In this document: in pieces, positions 26,288 through 35,102 of the stretch | How the letters are laid out: every line of letters starts with the position of its first letter | Position numbering within the stretch: position 1 is the first letter of the stretch | NCBI RefSeq assembly: GCF_052063365.1 | Contig: NZ_JBQHXR010000008.1 | Location: 1 to 64,000, forward strand | Length of the DNA stretch: 64,000 nucleotides | DNA from: Blautia sp. HCP3S3_G3 | GTDB taxonomy: Bacteria > Bacillota > Clostridia > Lachnospirales > Lachnospiraceae | Reading direction: 5' to 3' | Translations under genes and position numbers: made by a program | Notes under the pieces: model-generated | What the model saw: the letters and a program-made list of their open reading frames with translations, nothing else | Database searches by the model: none | What the model was told of the DNA's origin: nothing

Positions 26288-27310
26288 ATGACATATAAAG
26301 AAGTACTTGCGCAGGCAAAGGAATGCATCGGTTCCTACTGCAAGGCATGTGAGATCTGTAATGGAAAAGCCTGCCGCAATCAGATACCCGGTCCCGGTGC
26401 CAAGGGCAGTGGAGACACTGCGATACGGAATTATGATAAATGGCAGGAAATACGGATCAATATGGATACCATCTGTGAAAACAGAGAACCGGATACGAAG
26501 CTTGAAATATTTGGACAGTCGTTCCGCTATCCGTTTTTTGCAGGTCCTGTAGGAGCAGTCAATCTCCACTACGGCGACAAATACGATGATCTTACCTATA
26601 ACAACATTCTGGTAAAAGCCTGCAAAGACAATGGAATCGCTGCTTTTACCGGAGACGGCACCAACCCCAAAGTCATGGAGGGGGCTGCACAGGCAATCGC
26701 AGCCGCCGGCGGAATCGGTGTTCCAACTATAAAACCCTGGAATCCTGATACAATTAAAGAAAAGCTGGAACTGTGCAGAAAAGCGGGAATCTTTGCAGCT
26801 GCCATGGATATTGATGCTGCAGGTCTTCCGTTTCTGAAAAACATGACACCGCCTGCAGGAAGTAAAACCGTTGAAGAGCTGGGTGAGATTATAAAATCGG
26901 CGGACGTACCGTTTATCGTAAAAGGAATCATGAGCGTTAAAGGTGCGCTAAAAGCAAAAGACGCCGGTGCTTCTGCGATTGTTGTCAGCAACCACGGCGG
27001 ACGTGTTCTTGACCAGTGTCCTGCAACCGCGGAGGTTCTGGAAGAGATCGCTGATGCCCTTAACGGAACCGGAGTGAAAATACTTGTGGACGGAGGTATC
27101 CGAAGCGGAACGGATGTCTTTAAAGCGCTGGCTCTCGGAGCTGATGCGGTATTGATCTGCCGTCCTTTTGTCACCGCGGTTTACGGCGGTGCCGAAGAAG
27201 GTGTGAAAACCTATATCGAAAAAATAGGCTCGGAACTTGCAGATACCATGTCCATGTGCGGCGCACACGATCTGAAATCCATTACAAAAGAAATGATTTT
27301 TTATAAATAA
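26288..27310 (+). CDS. FMN-dependent alpha-hydroxy-acid dehydrogenase/oxidase family protein with an atypical Cys-rich N-terminal extension
   Basis: VVSNHGGRVLDQ catalytic motif and TIM-barrel FMN-binding region. N-terminal C-x4-C-x2-C-x2-C-x4-C cluster (ECIGSYCKACEICNGKAC). Confidence 0.65.
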   Translation: MTYKEVLAQAKECIGSYCKACEICNGKACRNQIPGPGAKGSGDTAIRNYDKWQEIRINMDTICENREPDTKLEIFGQSFRYPFFAGPVGAVNLHYGDKYDDLTYNNILVKACKDNGIAAFTGDGTNPKVMEGAAQAIAAAGGIGVPTIKPWNPDTIKEKLELCRKAGIFAAAMDIDAAGLPFLKNMTPPAGSKTVEELGEIIKSADVPFIVKGIMSVKGALKAKDAGASAIVVSNHGGRVLDQCPATAEVLEEIADALNGTGVKILVDGGIRSGTDVFKALALGADAVLICRPFVTAVYGGAEEGVKTYIEKIGSELADTMSMCGAHDLKSITKEMIFYK

Positions 27311-27481
27311 TACTATGAAAACCAGAACCTCCCTGCCGGACAATGTACTTCATGCAAATTCGCCTGTTCGGCAAGGAGGTCAATCATTCCATTTGATTTG
27401 TAAGAATTCCATTTAATTTCACAAAAAAGCACTGGATTTCTCCAATGCTCTTTCATAATCATGGGTCTATGATATGATGAT

Positions 27482-28204
27482 TTATAATCTCACTGCAACA
27501 TCCGGATAATTCGTAATAATTCCATGAACACCAAGCCTTATGAGCTTTTTCATCAGTTCTTCATCATTGACTGTCCAGGTATTGATTCCAAGACCATATT
27601 CCCTGGCTTTTTCCACATATACTTCTGTCACTGCAGGATGTGACGGGTGAAGGAACTGCATCCCCAGTCTGTCTGCGTATTGTGCTTCATCCACAACAAT
27701 GCTCTCTTCCAAAATCCCGCAGGGAATATCAGCGGCAAGCTCTTTAAACTTGAGAAGAGAATAGTGATTAAACGAAGAAATAAGTACTCTGTCTTCCAGA
27801 TGATATTTCTGAATCATCTTCCACACCTTCTCTTCCATACCCGGATAGGGAAAAATGCTGTTTTTCAGTTCTATATTCGTAACCATGGAAGTTCCGGCAA
27901 TCATGCGGCAATACTCATCCAGTGTGGGGATTTCTGTTTTTCCGAACTGATCGCCCCATTTCCCGGAAGCATTCAGCTCTTTGATCTGATCCAGTGTATA
28001 ATCCCGGATATATCCTTTGGCACCGGTTGTCCGTTCCACACCCTCGTCATGAATAATAACAAGTTCACCATCTTTTGTCAACTGTACGTCAATCTCGATA
28101 CCATAGCAGCCGGTCTCCACTGCCTTTGTAAAAGCAAGCATCGTATTCTCAGGATATCTGCCTGAAAATCCGCGATGTGCAAATATTTTTGTATGTGTAT
28201 TCAT
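27482..28204 (-). CDS. glpQ: Glycerophosphodiester phosphodiesterase
   Basis: FAHRGFSGRYPENTMLAF...GIEIDVQLTKDGELVIIHDE is the GDPD signature. Confidence 0.8.
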   Translation of the reverse strand: MNTHTKIFAHRGFSGRYPENTMLAFTKAVETGCYGIEIDVQLTKDGELVIIHDEGVERTTGAKGYIRDYTLDQIKELNASGKWGDQFGKTEIPTLDEYCRMIAGTSMVTNIELKNSIFPYPGMEEKVWKMIQKYHLEDRVLISSFNHYSLLKFKELAADIPCGILEESIVVDEAQYADRLGMQFLHPSHPAVTEVYVEKAREYGLGINTWTVNDEELMKKLIRLGVHGIITNYPDVAVRL

Positions 28205-28267
28205 ACGAATTCCAATCCACCTTTCTATTTTCCTACGGACACCGGATCCTTAGCAGAAGTCTCTGTC

Positions 28268-28813
28268 TCAGATTTCCTCCGCACACCGGGTATCCTTTGG
28301 ATATTCCACTCCGTCCGGGAGCGGATCCCAGTCATTAAGTCCAAGACTCTGTTTAAATCTGGCCTGTTCCATCGTCAGCTTAGACATGTCTTCCTGAAGA
28401 TACTCCATCAGCTCATCGATTCCTTCTCTTGTAACATTGTTTACCAGAAAAATGCGTTCACATCCCGCATTGATCATCCATTGCTTCACCATTTCCACAT
28501 TGGCATAAGGGGAATCGATCTTTGTTATAATTCCGATCAACGGACGAAGAATAAAGCACCTGCAGCTTGCTCCAAACAGATTAAACGGTTCATCTGCCGC
28601 CTGAACAATCGCCACCACATCCGCTTCAAAAGAAAAGCATGCCAGACCCACACTGAAACGTTTGGATTCTGCATATTCTCCCGGAGAATCAATCGTATCC
28701 TCATCTGTTGTAGTATATTGCGTTTTTACATAATGAAGCTCTTCACCTTTCAGTGCCTGTGTCAGAGAAGTCTTGCCGGCTTCACTTCTGCCCATTAAAA
28801 AAATTTTTTTCAT
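28268..28813 (-). CDS. eutP: EutP/PduV-family small GTPase (microcompartment-associated)
   Basis: MKKIFLMGRSEAGKTSLTQAL P-loop. ~180 aa length and overall EutP-like pattern. Confidence 0.7.
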   Translation of the reverse strand: MKKIFLMGRSEAGKTSLTQALKGEELHYVKTQYTTTDEDTIDSPGEYAESKRFSVGLACFSFEADVVAIVQAADEPFNLFGASCRCFILRPLIGIITKIDSPYANVEMVKQWMINAGCERIFLVNNVTREGIDELMEYLQEDMSKLTMEQARFKQSLGLNDWDPLPDGVEYPKDTRCAEEI

Positions 28814-28867
28814 GTATTCACCTTATCGTGCTGTCTGTATGAACAGACACTTCTGCTCTATCTATTC

Positions 28868-29305
28868 TCAGCTTTTATGAACCGCGCAGGTTTTGAATCC
28901 CAGTTCCTCAGAGAAGAAACGGACAACTTCCTCCACTGCCGTCTGTACCTGGGAAAGTCCTCCGGTAATGATCAGAGAACCACAGAAACGGTCCATAAAT
29001 CCAATCTGAATATCTGCACTTTTCATTGCGACATCTGCCGCTACGACAACTGCCTCCCAGGGGGTAAAGCGAATCAGTCCAATGGATTCTCCCGTATGAT
29101 CTTCTCCCTCATGGACACCGATATGAAGACCGAGATTCTGATAAATACATGCATCGGAAGGACTCAGCACATGTGCAAGGCAAACTTCTTTGCCAGGAAC
29201 ACGTACACGGGTCATCCGCAGTTTTTTGCCTTTCAGATTTTCGTAATCCTCATGGAAGATCTTTTCCAGCAGTTCTTTTTTGGTCATTTGAGCCATAAAC
29301 CGCAC
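28868..29305 (-). CDS. BMC shell protein, PduU/EutS-type (circularly permuted BMC domain)
   Basis: ...GLIRFTPWEAVVVAADVAMKSADIQIGFMDRFCGSLIITGGLSQVQTAVEEVV parallels PduU ...[45 protein letters not shown]. Confidence 0.6.
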   Translation of the reverse strand: MRFMAQMTKKELLEKIFHEDYENLKGKKLRMTRVRVPGKEVCLAHVLSPSDACIYQNLGLHIGVHEGEDHTGESIGLIRFTPWEAVVVAADVAMKSADIQIGFMDRFCGSLIITGGLSQVQTAVEEVVRFFSEELGFKTCAVHKS

Positions 29306-29308
29306 ATC

Positions 29309-29674
29309 CTATCTTTTTGTAATATTGCAGACTACATATCCCAGAGAATCACGGAAATAATCAACAACTTCCGTTAATGCGGAAATGACATCGGAAATTT
29401 CTCCGGTAATGATCAGCGTTCCGGTAAAACGGTCTGCGAATCCAAGATATACATTGCCGCTCTTTACTGCGATATCAGATGCAATGACTGCTGATTCCGG
29501 CGGTGTCATATTCATAATTCCAATGGCTGAGGAACGATAGTCCAATTGCGGGTTTAATCCGAGTTTCTGGTAAATGATCGGAGCAGGGCCGCCCATCACA
29601 TGTGCAAAAGTAATCTCCTTGCCTGCTACGGTCTCCTGTACGATTCTGATCTGTTCTTCATGTTCATTTGCCAT
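29309..29674 (-). CDS. BMC shell protein, PduU/EutS-type (second tandem paralog)
   Basis: ITFAHVMGGPAPIIYQKLGL...MTPPESAVIASDIAVKSGNVYLGFADRFTGTLIITGEISDVISAL, closely similar to PduU/EutS. Confidence 0.7.
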   Translation of the reverse strand: MANEHEEQIRIVQETVAGKEITFAHVMGGPAPIIYQKLGLNPQLDYRSSAIGIMNMTPPESAVIASDIAVKSGNVYLGFADRFTGTLIITGEISDVISALTEVVDYFRDSLGYVVCNITKR

Positions 29675-29835
29675 TTCGTAATTCCTCTCTTTCAGAAATT
29701 TACAAATATTTCTTTAATGATACTATCATAGAAATCTGATGTCAAGTCAAAATCCCACGAAAATCTGGCAATTTTCGATGCGAATCGGGCAAGAAACAAC
29801 ATTTTTTATTTGGTTTTTCCAAAAAGGTTTCTCAT

Positions 29836-29866
29836 ATTGACCAGCAGATTGGTCTGTGCTATATTG
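29836..29866 (+). promoter_or_regulatory. Sigma-A promoter (TTGACC, 17 bp, TATATT) for the MATE transporter gene
   Basis: Hexamers and spacing read directly. Confidence 0.45.
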
Positions 29867-29929
29867 AGATTCGGAGAAGAATTTTTTTGTCGAATTTTGG
29901 CAAAGATAAATGGATGAGGGGATGAAGAG

Positions 29930-31300
29930 TTGAAAAAAAACAAATACGAGATTGATATGTGCAGCGGGTCGATCATGGATAAGCTGATCTCTTTTGCACT
30001 GCCTTTGATGCTTTCCGGTGTTCTGCAGCTGATGTTCAATGCTGTAGACATCGTTGTGGTAGGACGGTTCAGCGGAAGCAAAGCCCTGGCGGCAGTAGGT
30101 TCTACAACAGCGTTGATCAACATGTTTACCAACCTGTTTATCGGCATTTCACTGGGTACCAATGTACTGGCCGCACGTTTTTTTGCAGCAGGCAAATCCA
30201 AGGAAATGTCAGAGACGGTACATACTTCTATTCTGTTTGCTATGATCAGCGGTGTGTTCATGGCTTTTGCGGGACTTATCTTTTCCAGACTGGCACTGGC
30301 ACTGATGGATACACCTGCGGATGTTATTGATCAGTCCACGCTTTATATGCGAATCTACTTTCTGGGAATGCCGTTCTTTATGCTTTATAATTATGGTGCT
30401 GCTGTCCTTCGGGCAGTTGGAGATACGAAGCGGCCATTAGTGTTTCTGATCATTTCCGGAATCATCAATGCGCTGCTTAATATGCTACTGGTGATTGTCT
30501 TTCATCTTTCCGTATCGGGAGTTGCCATTGCTACCGTTGTTTCGCAGATGATTTCCTGTTATCTGGTCCTGCGCTGCCTGTACCGGTCGGAAGGAAGTTA
30601 TCAGCTTCGATTTTCAAAATTAAAAATCAAAAGCTATTACCTGAAACAGATTTTCCAGGTGGGAATCCCTGCAGGACTTCAGAGCACGATCATTAATTTT
30701 TCCAATGTGCTGCTGCAGTCTTCTGTAAATTCTTTTGGTTCCGTTGCCATGGCAGGTTATACGGCTGCAAACAATATTCTGGGATTCCTTTATACTTCGA
30801 TTAATTCGGTCACACAGGCCTGTATGAGTTTTACCAGCCAGAATTACGGAGCAGGTAAATATAAACGAATTGATAAAGTTCTGGTAGAATGTATGTTTCT
30901 GTCAGTGACAGTTGGTCTGGTGCTTGGATGCAGTTTTTATGTTTTCGGTCCGGAAATTTTGAGAGTTTATACCAGCGATCCGGATGTGATCCGGAGCGGT
31001 ATGGAAATTCTTTCCTATACGACGGTTACTTATTTTCTATGCGGTCTGATGGATCTGTTTCCGGGACCGATGCGCGGACTTGGTTATTCTGCAGTGCCTA
31101 TGATTCTTTCCATTATTGGAACGGTAGGAACCAGAGTGGTATGGATTTTCGGTATCTTTCCGCATCATCGTTCCCTGGATATACTGTTCATCTCTTATCC
31201 TGCATCCTGGATTATTTCTATTATTCTGCAGGTAATCTGTTTCTATTTTGTAAGGAAACGGGTATATGGTTATGCAGTCAGGGAAGAAAGACAAAAGTAA
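29930..31300 (+). CDS. MATE family efflux transporter
   Basis: 12-TM pattern. Conserved MATE N-terminal motif ...ALPLMLSGVLQLMFNAVDIVVVGRF. Confidence 0.8.
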   Translation: MKKNKYEIDMCSGSIMDKLISFALPLMLSGVLQLMFNAVDIVVVGRFSGSKALAAVGSTTALINMFTNLFIGISLGTNVLAARFFAAGKSKEMSETVHTSILFAMISGVFMAFAGLIFSRLALALMDTPADVIDQSTLYMRIYFLGMPFFMLYNYGAAVLRAVGDTKRPLVFLIISGIINALLNMLLVIVFHLSVSGVAIATVVSQMISCYLVLRCLYRSEGSYQLRFSKLKIKSYYLKQIFQVGIPAGLQSTIINFSNVLLQSSVNSFGSVAMAGYTAANNILGFLYTSINSVTQACMSFTSQNYGAGKYKRIDKVLVECMFLSVTVGLVLGCSFYVFGPEILRVYTSDPDVIRSGMEILSYTTVTYFLCGLMDLFPGPMRGLGYSAVPMILSIIGTVGTRVVWIFGIFPHHRSLDILFISYPASWIISIILQVICFYFVRKRVYGYAVREERQK

Positions 31301-31367
31301 ATAATCTGATTTTAAAAAGTCTGATTTTTATCTCATATTATCATAGGAAAAATCATTATAGGAAAAT

Positions 31368-31404
31368 GCAAAGTACTTTTTATCAGAAGAAATGCTTCAG
31401 GTTC
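31368..31404 (+). terminator. Rho-independent terminator after the MATE gene (aaatgcttcagg-ttcagt-cctgaagcattt + TTTTCTG)
   Basis: 12-bp perfect stem followed by a T-tract. Confidence 0.6.
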
Positions 31405-32182
31405 AGTCCTGAAGCATTTTTCTGATTGGTTCTGCAATTGTCCGGGTGGTTGCAGCAATATCTGCATTTACAAGATAGGGAAGTTCCTTTCCCTCCCAGT
31501 CGCTGATCATGCCGCCTGCTTCTGTAAGAATCAGGCTTCCCGCTGCATAATCCCATGGTTTCAGATTCTGTTCGATAAAGCCGTGCTGACGCCCGCATGC
31601 AACATAACAGAGATCCAGCTCTGCGGAACCTGTTCTGCGGAAATCTGCGACAGATTTGAAAATTCGATGAAACAGGGGAAAAAGCAGTTCTGCCCTTTCT
31701 TTCTCATAAGGGGAGGAGCCGTAGGATATGACTGCGTCTTTCAGTGCAATCTGATTATTTACCTGAATTCTTTCTCCGTTGAAATAAGCACCATTTCCAA
31801 GGGACGCGAAGAACAGTTCTTCATGGAACGGGTTGTATACTGCCCCGAAGGTAATCTGTCCCTGTTCATATAATGCCAGTGCAACCGCGCTCAGTCCGTA
31901 ATGGTGAATCAGATTGGTGGTTCCGTCAATAGGATCCAGAATCCAGTATCTGGCATCCGGTGACAAATCCCGGTTTTCCTTCTCTTCTGCAATCATACGG
32001 ATATCCGGAAAACGTTCTTCCAGTTCTTTTTTCAGAAATTCCTGTACTGCAAAATCAACATTTGTGACATAGTCAGCGGCACCTTTTACCGTGACTCTGG
32101 CTGCTTCCAGCTCTCTGTAGATTAATTCTTTTGTTTTTCTGACCAGCAAAAGTACTTCGGTCTGTTCCTTTTCATTCAGCAT
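31403..32182 (-). CDS. suhB: Inositol monophosphatase family protein
   Basis: WILDPIDGTTNLIHHY and the overall IMPase pattern. Confidence 0.8.
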   Translation of the reverse strand: MLNEKEQTEVLLLVRKTKELIYRELEAARVTVKGAADYVTNVDFAVQEFLKKELEERFPDIRMIAEEKENRDLSPDARYWILDPIDGTTNLIHHYGLSAVALALYEQGQITFGAVYNPFHEELFFASLGNGAYFNGERIQVNNQIALKDAVISYGSSPYEKERAELLFPLFHRIFKSVADFRRTGSAELDLCYVACGRQHGFIEQNLKPWDYAAGSLILTEAGGMISDWEGKELPYLVNADIAATTRTIAEPIRKMLQD

Positions 32183-32235
32183 CGTAATTTCTGTTTCCTT
32201 CTTTCCTAAAATATGATTTGCATCCAGTACATCGT

Positions 32236-32336
32236 TGTACAGTTTATGGAATTTCGTTGACTTCTATTACCTAGTACATCGAAAAATAAATAACCAGCTA
32301 TATCACTTGCGTGATATAGCTAGTCATTTATTTTTC
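32236..32336. repeat. Long imperfect inverted repeat (~36-bp arms ctagtacatcgaaaaataaat...atttatttttcgatgtactag) between miaB and the IMPase gene
   Basis: Arms read directly, with 4 mismatches and a 4-nt loop. Confidence 0.6.
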
Positions 32337-32353
32337 GATGTACTAGTCAACGA

Positions 32354-33748
32354 TCATACAACATGTCCGAAATAATAAAATCCCTTACAGGTATCAAGGC
32401 TTACATTGACATAGGTTCCGATCATAGACGGATCTCCCTCAAAATGCACCAGAAGATTATGCTCTGTGCGGCCTGTCAGCATGCCTTTTTCTTTGCTTTC
32501 TTCTTCTACCAGAACTTCTTTTACGGTGCCGGTAAAACGGGAAGAGACTTTTCTGCCGTTCTCCTGCACAAGAGACAGAAGACGTCCGAATCGTTCTTTT
32601 ACCACATCTTCCGGTATCTGATCCGGCATTTTGGCTGCAGGTGTTCCGGTTCTTTTGGAATAGATAAAGGTAAATGCCGTATCATAATCTGCTTTTTGTA
32701 CCACATCCAGTGTTTCCAGGAAATCTTCTTCTGTTTCTCCCGGGAAACCGACGATAATATCTGTGGTCAGGGAAATGTCCGGAATTGCCGTGCGGATTTT
32801 CTCCACCAGACCCAGATATTTCTCTTTATCATAACGGCGGTTCATTTTCTGCAGGATTCTGCTGCTTCCGGACTGCAGTGGCAGATGCAGGTGATGACAC
32901 ACTTTTTTGCTTCGTGCCATTACTTCGATCAGTTCGTCAGATAAATCCTTCGGATGAGAAGTCATGAAACGGATTCTCTTTAATCCTTCAATTTCCTCAA
33001 TCTGTGTAAGCAGTTCTGCGAAAGTCACCGGGTGTTCCAGAGTTTTTCCATAGGAGTTTACATTCTGGCCAAGAAGCATGACTTCCGTGACTCCATCATC
33101 AACCAGTGCTCGAATCTCATCGATGATTGCCTGTGGTTCACGGCTCTTCTCTCTGCCTCGTACATAGGGAACAATACAGTAGCTGCAGAAATTGTTGCAG
33201 CCAAACATGACATTCACGCCGGTTTTGAAAGAATATTTCCTGGAAGTCGGAAGTCCCTCCACAATCTCATCGGATTCCTGCCAGATATCAATGATCTGGC
33301 TGTCGGAAGTCAGTGTGCGGAAAAATAATTCCGGGAATTTATGAATGTTATGGGTACCGAATACAAGACTGACAAATGGATAGCTCTTGCGAATTGTTTC
33401 TACCACATGCTGCTCCTGCATCATACATCCAAAGAGAATAATTTTCATATCCGGATGTTTTCTTTTGATACTCTTGAGATGACCAAGGTGTCCGTATATT
33501 TTCTGATTGGCATTTTCACGAACCGTACAGGTATTATAGATCACTGCGTCGGCATCTTCGGTATCCACTTTTGTATATCCGATTTTTTCCATCATGGCAG
33601 CTACGGATTCGGTCTGCAGGGAATTCATCTGACATCCTTCATTCTCGATGTAATAAGTAGGTCTGCGCCCTTCATAAAGGGAAGGAAGCAGATCTGAACA
33701 TTTCTGAACATATGTTAACTGAATTTGGGTTTCATTTGTATTACTCAA
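32354..33748 (-). CDS. miaB: tRNA-i6A37 methylthiotransferase
   Basis: N-terminal EGCQMN. Radical-SAM CNNFCSYCIVPYVRG. TRAM C-terminus. Confidence 0.85.
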   Translation of the reverse strand: MSNTNETQIQLTYVQKCSDLLPSLYEGRRPTYYIENEGCQMNSLQTESVAAMMEKIGYTKVDTEDADAVIYNTCTVRENANQKIYGHLGHLKSIKRKHPDMKIILFGCMMQEQHVVETIRKSYPFVSLVFGTHNIHKFPELFFRTLTSDSQIIDIWQESDEIVEGLPTSRKYSFKTGVNVMFGCNNFCSYCIVPYVRGREKSREPQAIIDEIRALVDDGVTEVMLLGQNVNSYGKTLEHPVTFAELLTQIEEIEGLKRIRFMTSHPKDLSDELIEVMARSKKVCHHLHLPLQSGSSRILQKMNRRYDKEKYLGLVEKIRTAIPDISLTTDIIVGFPGETEEDFLETLDVVQKADYDTAFTFIYSKRTGTPAAKMPDQIPEDVVKERFGRLLSLVQENGRKVSSRFTGTVKEVLVEEESKEKGMLTGRTEHNLLVHFEGDPSMIGTYVNVSLDTCKGFYYFGHVV

Positions 33749-33841
33749 AGATGATCCATCCTTTCCGTTCTTTAGACAATCTCTATCATACAGAATTTAT
33801 CGGGAACTGTCAAAGAGTTTCTGCTGAATTGAACAATTAAA

Positions 33842-34783
33842 TTATCCATGTCTGTTCAATGACATAATATATTCCAGAGGCAGTGTATGGATTTCCTGGT
33901 AATTCTGTCTGCATTCTTCTGCCTGTTCTTTTGGGCTGTCATGTATGATTTCCGGTGTTTCAATCATAAATGCAGGCTGTTTTGTGATTTCTCCATAATA
34001 CTGTTCCGGTGAACCGGTTCCTGTCTGCTCTTCCCGGCGTCTTCCTCTTTCTTCATCCGAAGATTTTTCCAGCCGGTAGCAGGAACATTTTTGAAGATGG
34101 CGCGCCAGCCGGTAGCTTCTCTGGTTATAGGCAAAAGATTGGGGATGCCTCAGATAAACAATTCGTTTGCCAAGATATCGGAATGACAAAAGACCGGCAC
34201 TGCGATATTCCTGGAAAATCCGGATCAGGGCTTTTGTTTCGTTTTCGCTTGCCGGCTCCTGATGAATTCTGTTTCTGGAACAGTAGCAGGTAGGAAAATT
34301 CCGCCGGATATCCATGCCTCTCGCATTATAGGAAAATCCGTCGGAATCACGCTCCATCATTTTCAGCATCTGCCGATAGATGGGATTACGAATTGCAGAA
34401 AAGCCTTTTTCACCTATTTCAAACCCATCCGGATTCACTACGGGAATAAAACAGATCCGTACATCATCCAAAAGTTCTCTTACCTGGTATTCTTCTTCCA
34501 GTGTCCAGTTGGACTCATAAGCTCTGCAGTATTCCTGTATCATCTCCACAAGAAAAGAGGACATCCATCGGTCCGCTCCATCCAGTCCTGCAATACAGAA
34601 AAGCACAGAAATGCCATGTCCGGCTTCCAGCATGGGAATCATTCGTTCATCATGACTGCTTCCGATTACACGAAACTGGGTAAATGAGCGATATCGCTGC
34701 GCAGTTTCCCAAAGTGTATAGTATATTTTTTCATAGGTAAGAGGTTCTGTTGTAATCATTGCGGAATCCTCCCTGATATCCAT
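33842..34783 (-). CDS. M14-family zinc carboxypeptidase (gamma-D-glutamyl-meso-diaminopimelate peptidase-like)
   Basis: ...RVIGSSHDERMIPMLEAG...ICFIPVVNPDGFE pattern. Confidence 0.55.
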   Translation of the reverse strand: MDIREDSAMITTEPLTYEKIYYTLWETAQRYRSFTQFRVIGSSHDERMIPMLEAGHGISVLFCIAGLDGADRWMSSFLVEMIQEYCRAYESNWTLEEEYQVRELLDDVRICFIPVVNPDGFEIGEKGFSAIRNPIYRQMLKMMERDSDGFSYNARGMDIRRNFPTCYCSRNRIHQEPASENETKALIRIFQEYRSAGLLSFRYLGKRIVYLRHPQSFAYNQRSYRLARHLQKCSCYRLEKSSDEERGRRREEQTGTGSPEQYYGEITKQPAFMIETPEIIHDSPKEQAEECRQNYQEIHTLPLEYIMSLNRHG

Positions 34784-35102
34784 AGCGGATCATGGTTGAA
34801 GTACATGCATGAAAAGCAGTTTATTTGTAGCTCTGGAAAAATAGATTATCCATATGCCTATGTACTCAGGCATATGGATGTTGTCCGTGACTTCCATAAT
34901 CACAGGATGATAGGGTCAAAAGGTATGTTTTTTCATGCAAGTATGAAACATAAGGTTATTTATCGCGGGTTATACTAGTATAATATATGAAAAGAGACAG
35001 GTATTAAGACCTGTCTCTTAAAAATCATCCCGATTGAAATCATCGCATGATCTGCTCAACGTATCGTTTCTTTGCCTGAAATTCGCAGGCTCCGGGGATC
35101 CT

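Noticed and set aside
27340-27470. Possible terminator hairpin after the FMN-dependent dehydrogenase gene (aaagcactgga...tccaatgctcttt)
   Set aside because: The stem has mismatches and only a weak T-tract. Not convincing enough to annotate.
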